NCBI GenBank assembly: GCA_964460575.1
Contig: CAYWQK010000001.1
Span: forward strand, 34,688-98,687
Origin: an uncultured Desulfovibrionaceae bacterium
Lineage (GTDB): Bacteria > Desulfobacterota > Desulfovibrionia > Desulfovibrionales > Desulfovibrionaceae
Length of the DNA: 64,000 nucleotides
Reading direction: 5' to 3'
The translations under genes and the position numbers were made by a program. Positions 19,103 to 27,851 of the stretch are shown here, piece after piece; the first letter of the stretch is position 1, and each line of letters begins with the position of its first letter. The notes beneath the pieces are model-generated. The model was not told the DNA's origin. It did no database searches and saw only the letters and a list, made by a program, of their open reading frames with translations.

Positions 19103-19212
19103 AACTGTTCCTTTTTGCGAGGGATTGTTTTACGCCAGTCGGACGAGACATTGCCTTGCTGCCTTCTAGAGATTCAGGAAAGCTGTTGCGGCATACCAAT
19201 TGTGCTGGATTA

Positions 19213-19263
19213 CAGGGAAAAGAATGCTGAGACGCGATATAACTCTCAGCATTCTTTTCCCTG
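19213..19263. repeat. perfect 20-bp inverted repeat with an 11-nt spacer
   Basis: cagggaaaagaatgctgaga (19213-19232) and its exact reverse complement tctcagcattcttttccctg (19244-19263). Intergenic. Confidence 0.9.
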
Positions 19264-19425
19264 TCTGAAGACGGCGCCTTTAAAACGATGCACTTGCGCT
19301 GCTGAGGCATGGAATTAGGACAGCGGACATCGAAAAAAAAAAGGTCTTTTTTTCGCGAAGGGCAAAATGTCCACGAATACCTAAGGCCCTTGGAGTCTGT
19401 TCATGCCGTTTATCACGGCGTCAGC

Positions 19426-20262
19426 TTATTTGTAGAATCCTTCCGCCATTTTTTCCACACCCTCTTCGCCAGGCAGACCCGGGTATGCTTTTTTGAGGGC
19501 TACAGCAAAGGCGTCCGCCGTGGGGCAATCCTCCCTGAGCTTCTTGAGTACCTCGAGGTATTTCATGCGGAATTGTACAGCATCTCCGCCGGCAAGACCT
19601 CCGTGTCCGCCAACAAAATACTTGCACCCGGAATTCAATGCGGCACTGGTTGATTCAATTTCTGCGTCAATGGCAGCGGCGGAATTCAGCTGCAGATGGT
19701 TCATGTGCGCTTTGGCAAAGGCCCAGTGTGTGTAGTACACCTGCTTTTTCCCGATAATGATGTCAGCCGCCGGGAAACCGGAGATAGGGCCTTTCTGGAA
19801 GGTAAAGGGCACACCCGCCAGAGTTACCGTAGTGCCAAAGGGGACTTCCTTTGCCTGAACTTTTGGTATATCCACCATACTGTCGCCAAAGGTTTTTTTG
19901 AAGTGGGCCATCATGCCACTATAGACTTCGCCCTTAATGAACGCTGGCATGCCTTGGGGCATAAGCAGAGGGGCATTAGGCCGTGCGCCTTCGTGGTAGT
20001 CCGTAATCACCTGCCTGACCTTTTTTTTCAGTGCGGCAGTGTAGTCGCTGAATTCCTGCGCGTCCTTTTTGAAGAGCGGCAGTTCCATGAGTACAAGACC
20101 GTCTTTGCCTTCTACGATGAGGCTGGTATCTTTCATGACATCGTTGGAATTGTACACATGTACGGTAAAGTTTCCGCAATTCAGCGTTTCAAAGGTGCCT
20201 TTGGCCCAAGTGGGTACTGCCGCAAGCAGCAGAATCAGCAGGGGCATAGCAATGTACTTCAT
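19426..20262 (-). CDS. exported protein of unknown function (possibly a degenerate MBL-like fold)
   Basis: 278-aa ORF with a clear signal peptide (MKYIAMPLLILLLAAVPTWA|KG). I recognise no catalytic motif with confidence. Confidence 0.75.
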   Translation of the reverse strand: MKYIAMPLLILLLAAVPTWAKGTFETLNCGNFTVHVYNSNDVMKDTSLIVEGKDGLVLMELPLFKKDAQEFSDYTAALKKKVRQVITDYHEGARPNAPLLMPQGMPAFIKGEVYSGMMAHFKKTFGDSMVDIPKVQAKEVPFGTTVTLAGVPFTFQKGPISGFPAADIIIGKKQVYYTHWAFAKAHMNHLQLNSAAAIDAEIESTSAALNSGCKYFVGGHGGLAGGDAVQFRMKYLEVLKKLREDCPTADAFAVALKKAYPGLPGEEGVEKMAEGFYK

Positions 20263-20295
20263 GAGGGTCTCCTTTTTTATAGTATGTTGCCAGGA

Positions 20296-21216
20296 TTACG
20301 GCTGCGGCACAGTATTGATGCCGAGCTTTTTCCCTGGCTTGAGTTCGTTTATTTTGGCATGAATAAAGGGTTCTGTAGCGATCCAGACTATGGGCCATTT
20401 ATCTAGGAATACCGTGTGCCGTGCCCCGGGCACAACGCAGAGCCGGGAATTGGGAATCATCTGGTGGGCCGCTAGGACTGTTGCAACAGGGGCATGGTCG
20501 TCTTCATCGCCTGTTATTAGCAGTACGGGGCATTTGATGGCGCTAAAAATTTCCTCGCCAACACTCATCGCATTCCAGAATGCCATATAGGAGGCAAGAA
20601 ATTCCTGGAGGCGTTCAGGCTCCGGCATGATACGCCGCATCTGTTCGATATATGCCTTGTCGATTTTTTCCAAGTCAGCTACTGGCAGCCTAGGGGGAAA
20701 ATAACCTTTTTTCAGTGTGCCTGCGCCAACAGCCACAATGCGTTCCACGGTTTCCGGGTGCGTAGCGGCCAGCTTATAGGCGGAATACGCGCCGTCGCTA
20801 AAGCCCAGCACAGGCGCTGGATCGTGAGTTATCGCCCGCATGACGGTCAGCATGTCATTGGCTTTTTGTTCATAGGTAAGTGGAGAATTCCCGATTTCCG
20901 AGCGTCCATGTCCCCGTGTGGAAACAACGATGACCTGGAAATTCTTGCGCAGTTCATCGATGAAGCAGCCCAGCTCGTAGGGCGATCCGACTCCTCCGCC
21001 GTGAAAGACAAAGAAAGGCCGTCCGTTGCCGTATACTTCGTAATAGATGCGGGCATCTCCTGCCCGAATGTATTTCCCCGCCGCATCATTGGCCCCATAG
21101 GGCGTTCCGCTGCCCCGGACGCCATAAGGCTGCGCGAAGTAGCGCAGCTGAGCGGCGTTTGCCGGCATGGCGCATGCCGAGATCAGCAGTAAAAGCAAGA
21201 AACGCAGAGTGCGCAT
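20296..21216 (-). CDS. exported alpha/beta-fold hydrolase
   Basis: Signal peptide (MRTLRFLLLLLISACAMPANA|AQ), an HGGG oxyanion motif, the nucleophile elbow GFSDGA and a C-terminal DDH. Confidence 0.82.
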   Translation of the reverse strand: MRTLRFLLLLLISACAMPANAAQLRYFAQPYGVRGSGTPYGANDAAGKYIRAGDARIYYEVYGNGRPFFVFHGGGVGSPYELGCFIDELRKNFQVIVVSTRGHGRSEIGNSPLTYEQKANDMLTVMRAITHDPAPVLGFSDGAYSAYKLAATHPETVERIVAVGAGTLKKGYFPPRLPVADLEKIDKAYIEQMRRIMPEPERLQEFLASYMAFWNAMSVGEEIFSAIKCPVLLITGDEDDHAPVATVLAAHQMIPNSRLCVVPGARHTVFLDKWPIVWIATEPFIHAKINELKPGKKLGINTVPQP

Positions 21217-21738
21217 GGTGTTTTCCTTAACTTGAAGCCCTTACGCCAAAAGTAGGGGAAGCTGGCGCCTGCAATCCCAGGAGGGTTCCTGTTTCATAGA
21301 GATTGCCTCGTATCGGGTAATCTTGACTATCGTCCGCTACAAACTATAGCTATAAACTACCGTGTAACAGTACCCTGTAAAGCCAAGGTTGATACAAATT
21401 TTTAATTATTTTAGTATGTTATTTGCATTTATATGTTTTTCCCCTTTCCTATGTATTTTTCTGTATAGGTCATGAGCGTACAAACAGCAAGACCTGAAAA
21501 AAAGGAGGAAATTTTTTTCACGCCATAGGCGGAGCCATTATTGCCTTGGCTGCGGTTGTTCGTAACCTGGTACTATTGTAATCATGAACGCATTGAAACG
21601 GTGCTGCATTTTCGATACCTATTTTGCCTTAATAACAGGCCCCGTTTTTTGCTGGAGACCTGTCCGTGATGAGCGGAGGAGAAAAAGTTGCCGGCTGCTG
21701 TGCAGAGCGGCTGTTTCATCTGCAAGTTTGGAGGAAAA

Positions 21739-22137
21739 ATGATGGAAAAATGTCTGTTAGTTTCCGGGATTTTGGTTTTATCTCTGTTCTTTTTATTCGT
21801 TGGCCCTGGCAGGGCAGGGGATGCGAGGCCTGTTGTGCGCCTAGCCTATATTCAAGCCAGGCCGGGAATGAGAGACGCCTTTATCGCCGCTGTAACCGAG
21901 GGGATGCGTATATCGGTAAGAAAAGAACAGGGTGTTTTAGCCCTTTACTGCGTGGCGGATAAAAATGATCCTGACAAGTTGATATTTTTTGAGATATATG
22001 CCAGTGAGGAAGCCTATCAGGAGCATCGCGCCTCGCCGCATTTTAAGAAATACATCGAAACAACAAAAGATATGGTCATCTCTAAGTCATTGATGGAAAC
22101 AATTCCTGTAGAATTGCGGGACAAATGGCATCGATGA
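21739..22137 (+). CDS. antibiotic-biosynthesis-monooxygenase (ABM/YgiN-like) domain protein with a signal peptide
   Basis: A GGAGGA RBS precedes ATG 21739. A hydrophobic N-terminus (MMEKCLLVSGILVLSLFFLFVGPGRA) is followed by an ABM-like core (FFEIYASEEAYQEHRASPHFKKY). Confidence 0.78.
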   Translation: MMEKCLLVSGILVLSLFFLFVGPGRAGDARPVVRLAYIQARPGMRDAFIAAVTEGMRISVRKEQGVLALYCVADKNDPDKLIFFEIYASEEAYQEHRASPHFKKYIETTKDMVISKSLMETIPVELRDKWHR

Positions 22138-22346
22138 AATGGTATGGAGACCAGCTGGGTTGTCTTGCGGCGTTCCCGCCAGCAGGATAAAAAAGTCAGC
22201 TCAGTTTCATGTTTTTGCTGCGCCTCGTAGGTATGTTCCGGTCTAATAGGTGCGAGGATCGTTGTCCCTAGAAGCGTAGCGGCGGGCTTTGTTTTTCGGG
22301 TTGTGAGATTATGCGGCTTTAACAATAAGATTTTATGGAGGAAAGC

Positions 22347-22871
22347 ATGAACAGCAGTCTGCGGACAAGCGTTTTTTTGGGTCTTTTGGCATGGATGACT
22401 TGGTTTGCCTCAGCGGCCTTTGCTGCCGAAGTGACGCCGCAGGAAGCGAAGTTGATTACTGCGGAACTTAAAGCTACGGGAGGCGCGGTGCAGCCTATTG
22501 GCATGAGTAATGATGTCTATGCCAAGTATTTTACCGGACAGAGCTATCTAGCGGAACTCTCTGCGGACAAAAGTTTTCACGTGCCGAATGTGACGTTTGC
22601 CCACGGGGCCCATACTTTTTGGCATATTCATCATAATACCTGCCAGGTGCTTGTGGCTGAGGCTGGACGAGGCTACTATCAGGTTTGGGGAAAAGCCCCT
22701 CGGCTTCTTCTGCCCGGGAAGACGGTTACCATTCCGGCGGGTGTAAAGCATTGGCATGGTGCTGCTCCCGGTACGAGTTTCCAGCATATTGCTCTCATGA
22801 AGCAGGGGAAGGGCGTCCGAACGGAATGGCTGGAGGCCGTTGACGACACCCTCTACAAGTCGTTGAAGTAG
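22347..22871 (+). CDS. cupin-domain protein with a signal peptide
   Basis: A GGAGGA RBS precedes ATG 22347. Signal peptide (VFLGLLAWMTWFASAAFA|AE) followed by a cupin metal-site pattern (HIHH...VTIPAGVKHWHGA). Confidence 0.8.
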   Translation: MNSSLRTSVFLGLLAWMTWFASAAFAAEVTPQEAKLITAELKATGGAVQPIGMSNDVYAKYFTGQSYLAELSADKSFHVPNVTFAHGAHTFWHIHHNTCQVLVAEAGRGYYQVWGKAPRLLLPGKTVTIPAGVKHWHGAAPGTSFQHIALMKQGKGVRTEWLEAVDDTLYKSLK

Positions 22872-22884
22872 GAGACTGCGGCGT

Positions 22885-23349
22885 ATGAAGATGTTTTTTC
22901 CTGCGGCGTTGTTATCGGTATTGGCGATGAGCCTCAGTATTTTCCCCATGGAGGTAAATAGCATGGAACAGAATGGTCGGAAACGTCAGGTACAGAAAAT
23001 TGTGCAGACAGCCGGACGAGAGCGCTTGGGAGACTTCGCGCCTGATTTCGCCCGCTATAATGACGATATTCTTTTCGGCGAGGTTTGGTCGCGCAACGAC
23101 AAACTTTCTCTGCATGACCGCAGCATTGTTACCGTGTCCGCATTGGTGGCGAGCGGCGTGCTGGACAGTTCGCTGAAATTCCATATTGCCTCGGCTAAGA
23201 AGAACGGCGTCAGCAAAGAGGAGATGGTGGAAATCATCACTCAACTTGGCTTTTACGCGGGCTGGCCTAAAGCGTGGGCCGCTTTTACCATGGCAAAGGA
23301 GGTCTACGGGGATAAAACGCCGTCGGTCGCGCAAAGCAAAAAGGATTAA
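22885..23349 (+). CDS. carboxymuconolactone decarboxylase (CMD/AhpD-like) family protein
   Basis: CMD core (FGEVWSRNDKLSLHDRSIVTVSAL...EEMVEIITQLGFYAGWPKAW). The start at 22885 gives a signal-like N-terminus. An alternative start at 22963, with a good GGAGGT RBS, would give a cytoplasmic form. Confidence 0.8.
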   Translation: MKMFFPAALLSVLAMSLSIFPMEVNSMEQNGRKRQVQKIVQTAGRERLGDFAPDFARYNDDILFGEVWSRNDKLSLHDRSIVTVSALVASGVLDSSLKFHIASAKKNGVSKEEMVEIITQLGFYAGWPKAWAAFTMAKEVYGDKTPSVAQSKKD

Positions 23350-23494
23350 CGGGAAATCCACACGGAAATTCTTCGTGTTTTGCAAGAGCCCGCTGTTAGA
23401 TGGCAGTTTCGGGTTGAGCGATGGCACGGAGCTTTGTTAAACGCGGCTAAGGACTCTTTTTACCCGCTTCTTTTGCGGAAGCGATGCAACAGCA

Positions 23495-24922
23495 TCAAAC
23501 GCCGTGTTTTTCAATGCGTTCAAGAAGCAAAGCGATCTGGCGTCCAAGCGAGCTTTCACTGGAAAGTTCGCTTTCAAGGCTGGATATACCCTTGATCACC
23601 GTGGAGTGCCGGCGGCTGAATCTCTTTCCTATGGCCTCAAGGGACAAATCCGTATATTTCCGTGCCAAATAAAAAATCGTGTTCCTGGCAACTACCAGGT
23701 TAGACTTGCGGCTGCGGCTTGAAAGCTGGTCGGCGCGCAGGTTGAAAGCCTCGCAAACCTGCCGTGTAATGCTGTCCAAACTAAGAAACAGGGATTGTTC
23801 AACATATTGGGAAAGGATCTCCAGCGCCATTTCCTGCGTGGCCGTGGTGTTGAGCAGCTTGGCACGCAGAAAAAGATTCTGCAGGCAGCTTTCCATCTGG
23901 CGGACATCTCCCGTCAGGCGCTCGGCTAAAAGCTCGCAGACATCATCGGGAAGCAGACAATCTTGCTGGCGGGCTTTTTCAAGCAATATCTTTTTCCGTG
24001 TTCCTTTGTCCGGTTTGCCGATCGCGGCCAGATAGCCCGATGTAAAGCGTGAAACAAGGCCGCTGTCTACATTCTTAAGCTCACGGGGAGTAAACGAGCT
24101 GGTCAGAATAACCCGCTTGCCGCATTCCTGAAGCTCTTTAATGGCAGAAAGCAGCTCTATCTGTATTTTTTCCGTTCCCTGGAGAAAATGTATGTCCTCC
24201 AGCAGAAGCACATCCGCCTCATGGAAACGCCATTTGAACGTGCTAAAATCCCGGCTTTTCGCCGCCTGCACAAAGCAGGCCGCGAAACTTTCCGCCGTAA
24301 GATACTCCACACGGGGAGCGGTAAGATTGCTTGCCTCGCAAAGCGCCTTGCCCACAGCCTGAATAAGATGCGTTTTGCCTAATCCAGGTCCTGCGCTGAG
24401 GAAAAGTGTATTGACCGGACCGCTGCTGTGTACGAGGTTCTGCGCGGCGGCATAGGCTATGTTGTTTGAGGGACCGACGATAAAGCTGCCGAAATCGAAA
24501 CGCCAAACAGGCGCCCGCCGTGCTGGCATCGGCATGGGGAAGCAAAGCTGCTCGGCAATACCGCCCGGGTGCTGAGACTGCGGCGGCGCGGAAGGGAGAG
24601 GGGAGGGCTTGGGAGCCGGCATATCCAGCAATGATCCCTGTTCCGTATGGGGAGACGGTGGACGCAGGGGCTTGGTAGACCGCTTTTGGGCGCTGACTTT
24701 GAACCGCAGCGAGACCGCATGGCCAAGAACAAGCTCAGCGCTACGGGCAATATCAGAGCCAAGGCGCTCGGCGATCCAGTCAGCCGCATAACGGCTTGGG
24801 GCAACCAGCGTCAACGTCTCTTTGCCGACCTGCGCTTGAAGCGGAGCTATCCAGACCTTGTAGGTTCCGGACGGTAACGCCGACTGCAGATGCTCGCAGA
24901 TTTGTTCCCATTGCGATTTCAT
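23495..24922 (-). CDS. dnaA: chromosomal replication initiator DnaA (copy not linked to dnaN)
   Basis: 475 aa with a domain I-like N-terminus (WEQICEHLQ...YKVWIAPL), a Pro/Ser-rich linker, the AAA+ Walker A (GPGLGKTHL) and Walker B (LLLEDIHFL) motifs, and a domain IV helix-turn-helix (ARNTIFYLARKYTDLSLEAIGKRFSRRHSTVIKGI). Confidence 0.88.
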   Translation of the reverse strand: MKSQWEQICEHLQSALPSGTYKVWIAPLQAQVGKETLTLVAPSRYAADWIAERLGSDIARSAELVLGHAVSLRFKVSAQKRSTKPLRPPSPHTEQGSLLDMPAPKPSPLPSAPPQSQHPGGIAEQLCFPMPMPARRAPVWRFDFGSFIVGPSNNIAYAAAQNLVHSSGPVNTLFLSAGPGLGKTHLIQAVGKALCEASNLTAPRVEYLTAESFAACFVQAAKSRDFSTFKWRFHEADVLLLEDIHFLQGTEKIQIELLSAIKELQECGKRVILTSSFTPRELKNVDSGLVSRFTSGYLAAIGKPDKGTRKKILLEKARQQDCLLPDDVCELLAERLTGDVRQMESCLQNLFLRAKLLNTTATQEMALEILSQYVEQSLFLSLDSITRQVCEAFNLRADQLSSRSRKSNLVVARNTIFYLARKYTDLSLEAIGKRFSRRHSTVIKGISSLESELSSESSLGRQIALLLERIEKHGV

Positions 24923-25268
24923 GGCGGTGCTCGCGCCGCAGCGTTCCGCTGCTACAAGTTTTTAGGGAACCCAAGGGAAAGTTGGAGTCAACGGGAAACA
25001 GGACGCGATAAAAATTTCAACGATTCCAATGCATTCTCTGACTATCAAAATGACTGTCCAGAGAGCAGGGCGCAACTCGCCCTTATAGGCTAAGTCAAGT
25101 AAGGGATAGAAGCCCGTGTGTCAATATCCATTCTGCTGTGCGTCCAGGACGCCACAGTATTATTTTCGCTCTAAGAGATTGCCTGCGCTTACGCGTCAGG
25201 GCTCCGAGCAGCGTTATTTTTACAAAACCTGAGGCAACGGCGAAGGCAAATCCTGAGCAACGAAAGGC

Positions 25269-25297
25269 TTGACAGCACGGCAAAAGCCCCTTATATC
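25269..25297 (+). promoter_or_regulatory. sigma-70-like promoter for tRNA-Glu
   Basis: TTGACA (25269-25274), a 17-nt spacer, then TATATC (25292-25297), about 17 nt upstream of the tRNA 5' end. Confidence 0.5.
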
Positions 25298-25313
25298 CTA
25301 CCCTGTTAAGCGG

Positions 25314-25390
25314 GTCCCCATCGTCTAGCCGGCCCAGGACAGCGGCCTTTCACGCCGTCAACAGCGGTTCAAATCCGCTTGGGGACGCCA
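25314..25390 (+). tRNA. tRNA-Glu (anticodon UUC)
   Basis: GTCCCCATCGTCTAG...GGCCTTTCACGCC...GGTTCAAATCC...TGGGGACGCCA. The 7-bp acceptor stem pairs perfectly, the anticodon loop is CUUUCAC, CCA is encoded, and the sequence is very similar to E. coli tRNA-Glu. Confidence 0.93.
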
Positions 25391-25404
25391 AAATACGGTA
25401 CAAA

Positions 25405-25446
25405 AAGGATGCCAAGGCTTTAAAAGACCTTGGCATCCTTTTTTTC
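25405..25446 (+). terminator. rho-independent terminator after tRNA-Glu
   Basis: A 13-bp stem (aaggatgccaagg / ccttggcatcctt) followed by a T-run. Confidence 0.8.
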
Positions 25447-25624
25447 TTCCGGTATGTTTTTAGGGAAAATAGGGTTATGACATCTCAGATAGCTGCCAGG
25501 GAGTCCCATACCTTTTATCGCTATTCGCATCCGCGGTCCCGGAGTGAGACCCGGCAAGTATTGCGCTGACGGCCTACTTCTTTATCTCCACCGGCGGAAG
25601 GAAGCTCTGAAGAAGGAGAAAAAT

Positions 25625-26962
25625 CTAGCGGTTATCTTTGCGGGGTGGAAAAGAAATTGTTACACAAAGCCCTGTCTCTTTGTCCGTATTTAGGTTTTTC
25701 AGCGACACCGTTCCGCCTGAGGATTCAACGAGCGTTTTTACTATGGAAAGTCCGAGACCCGAACCGGAAATAGTACTGCCCGGAACTCTGTAGAACGGAT
25801 CGAATACCCTGTTCATCTCTTCAGGAGGAATACCGGGGCCTGTATCGGCGACGGAAAAGAAGGGCACTCCATTTTTATATCCCGCGTACAAATCGATGCG
25901 TCCGCCATTCGGAGTATATCGGATAGCGTTGTCAACCAGATTCTTCAGAATGGATACCGCCGCCGCAGGCGGAATGCTGATCACAACATCTTCGCTGCTG
26001 GCAATTCCGAGATCAATGTCTTTAACTTCCGCTTGAAAAACCATATCCGACAGCACTTGGCGGAACAGGGCCATGAGAGACAGTGATTCGCTTTGTTCCT
26101 GCTTGTGTCCCTGTGCTCTTGCCAGAGTGAGAAGTTGGCTCAGAAGCGTGCTGGCGCGGTTTAGTCCTGTACGGAGTGCGTTCAGACGCTCTTTGGCCGG
26201 AGCGGGCATTTCTACAGCGTCAAGCCGCTCAGCCTGAAGTGTGATCGCCGTTAGCGGAGAGCGCAGTTCATGTGCCGCGTCGGCAATAAAGCGTCGTTGC
26301 ATTTCTATGGAAAGGGTAACCCTAGAGAACATACGGTTCAAAGAGTCTATGAATGGGATTAGTTCTGAAGGCATACGATGCTGGCAAATCGGGCTCAGAT
26401 CCTGTTTATCGCGTTTATCTATGCTTGCCGCCATTTCCCGTATGGGACGGAAAAACCGCCTTACAAGCAGAAATGTACCCATGGCGGCAAGGCAGGCAAA
26501 GCAAAGAAAAGGAATACAAATGGCCATCATCCCTTCTTTTGCGATTTTGTTTCGAAGAAAAGGCTGCTGAGCCACAACAAAGCGTTCGCCCGAGGCTAGC
26601 TCCGTGACAAGCAAACACCATGTGCTTCCGTTAATGACGATTTTCTGGAAACCATTCTTCAACGTGCTGGGAAGGTTAAGTGCAGGTGTGTATCCTTTCT
26701 TGATAGAAAGAGGCTGCACGATGATAGCCTGACGGATGCTTACTCTAGATGTTCTTGCGGCGATGTCCTGTACAGAGAAGTGATGGCTTCTGATAAGCAC
26801 GGCTATCTGCTCAAGTTCATCATCTAAAAGTTCTTCCGCCTCATGGAGAATGTGGAAAAAAGAAATTGCCCCCGCCCCTAAGGCAAAAAGCAGGAGACCG
26901 GTGGTCAGCAGTACGGAAAGTTTGAACTGAAGAGAGTCTTTTATTTTTTGGAAACCATCCAT
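25625..26962 (-). CDS. sensor histidine kinase (PmrB/QseC-like)
   Basis: Two TM segments, the H-box ADAAHELRSPL, and N/G boxes (LVDNAIRYTP, DTGPGIPPEE, GSGLGLSIV). It overlaps the response regulator stop by 22 nt. Confidence 0.88.
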   Translation of the reverse strand: MDGFQKIKDSLQFKLSVLLTTGLLLFALGAGAISFFHILHEAEELLDDELEQIAVLIRSHHFSVQDIAARTSRVSIRQAIIVQPLSIKKGYTPALNLPSTLKNGFQKIVINGSTWCLLVTELASGERFVVAQQPFLRNKIAKEGMMAICIPFLCFACLAAMGTFLLVRRFFRPIREMAASIDKRDKQDLSPICQHRMPSELIPFIDSLNRMFSRVTLSIEMQRRFIADAAHELRSPLTAITLQAERLDAVEMPAPAKERLNALRTGLNRASTLLSQLLTLARAQGHKQEQSESLSLMALFRQVLSDMVFQAEVKDIDLGIASSEDVVISIPPAAAVSILKNLVDNAIRYTPNGGRIDLYAGYKNGVPFFSVADTGPGIPPEEMNRVFDPFYRVPGSTISGSGLGLSIVKTLVESSGGTVSLKNLNTDKETGLCVTISFPPRKDNR

Positions 26963-27600
26963 CCCGCACCCCGTACATTTTTTATGACGTCTGCTCCCAG
27001 TTTTTTACGCAGGGAGTGTATAAGGAATTCTATGGCATTGCTTTTCACTTCCTCATTCCAGCCATACAGTCTGTCTTCAAGTTCCGTGCGGGACAGAATA
27101 ATTCCCGGCGATAAGAGAAAGGCTTGAAGAAGAGCGAATTCTTTCGCGGAAAGAAGATATGTTGTGTTACCGTAAGAAGCTTCATGCGTGGCAGGATTGA
27201 GCGTAATGCCGCCGCCTGATAGAAGAGGAGATGAAAGTCCACTTCGCCGCCTGATGGCTACTCGTATTCTAGCCAGAAGCTCACCTATGGCAAACGGTTT
27301 GAGAATATAGTCGTCCGCTCCGGCATCCAACCCGCTTATGCGATCTTCCACAGCATCACGGGCTGTGATGATAAGAATGGGTACATTGTTCTTTGCGGAT
27401 CTGATTTTCCTCAGCACATCCATGCCATCGACCTTGGGCAGATTAAGATCGAGTAGCACAACGTCATACGGGTATACATCAATGCTGGAAAGCGCCGTTT
27501 CTCCGTCCCTGACCCAGTCAACGGCGTAAGACGCATCTTTCAGACTCGCAAAGACAGCCTCACCAATCATTAAATCATCTTCCACAAAAAGGATTCTCAT
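26941..27600 (-). CDS. OmpR-family response regulator (PmrA/BasR-like)
   Basis: Receiver domain (MRILFVEDD...VLLDLNLPKVDG...LIITARD) plus a winged-helix output domain (LSAKEFALLQAF...RGAGW). Confidence 0.9.
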   Translation of the reverse strand: MRILFVEDDLMIGEAVFASLKDASYAVDWVRDGETALSSIDVYPYDVVLLDLNLPKVDGMDVLRKIRSAKNNVPILIITARDAVEDRISGLDAGADDYILKPFAIGELLARIRVAIRRRSGLSSPLLSGGGITLNPATHEASYGNTTYLLSAKEFALLQAFLLSPGIILSRTELEDRLYGWNEEVKSNAIEFLIHSLRKKLGADVIKNVRGAGWMVSKK

Positions 27601-27851
27601 TGATGTCCTCTTTATGTCTTTCCTACGAGGGAAAGGCGTATGAATTGAATTCGCGATGCGTGTGGGATGTTCGCATCAGAGGTATATAGGTCATTTACTT
27701 TTCTCAAGCAGGAACCGAGTAAGATAATGGAAATGAAATCCCATAGTTCCATTGATTCCCGTGCCGAAAACATGCACCGGAGGAAAAACGGGAATAAGAA
27801 AAGCAGATAAAGCGCTGCTTCATGCAGGGGATCTACAGGGCGGAATGTGAA

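Noticed and set aside
24923-25313. Possible oriC (DnaA boxes plus an AT-rich unwinding element) upstream of dnaA.
   Set aside because: I found no TTATCCACA/TGTGGATAA-type 9-mers (allowing one mismatch) clustered here by eye. The region mostly looks like the tRNA-Glu promoter. A matrix scan is needed before any claim can be made.
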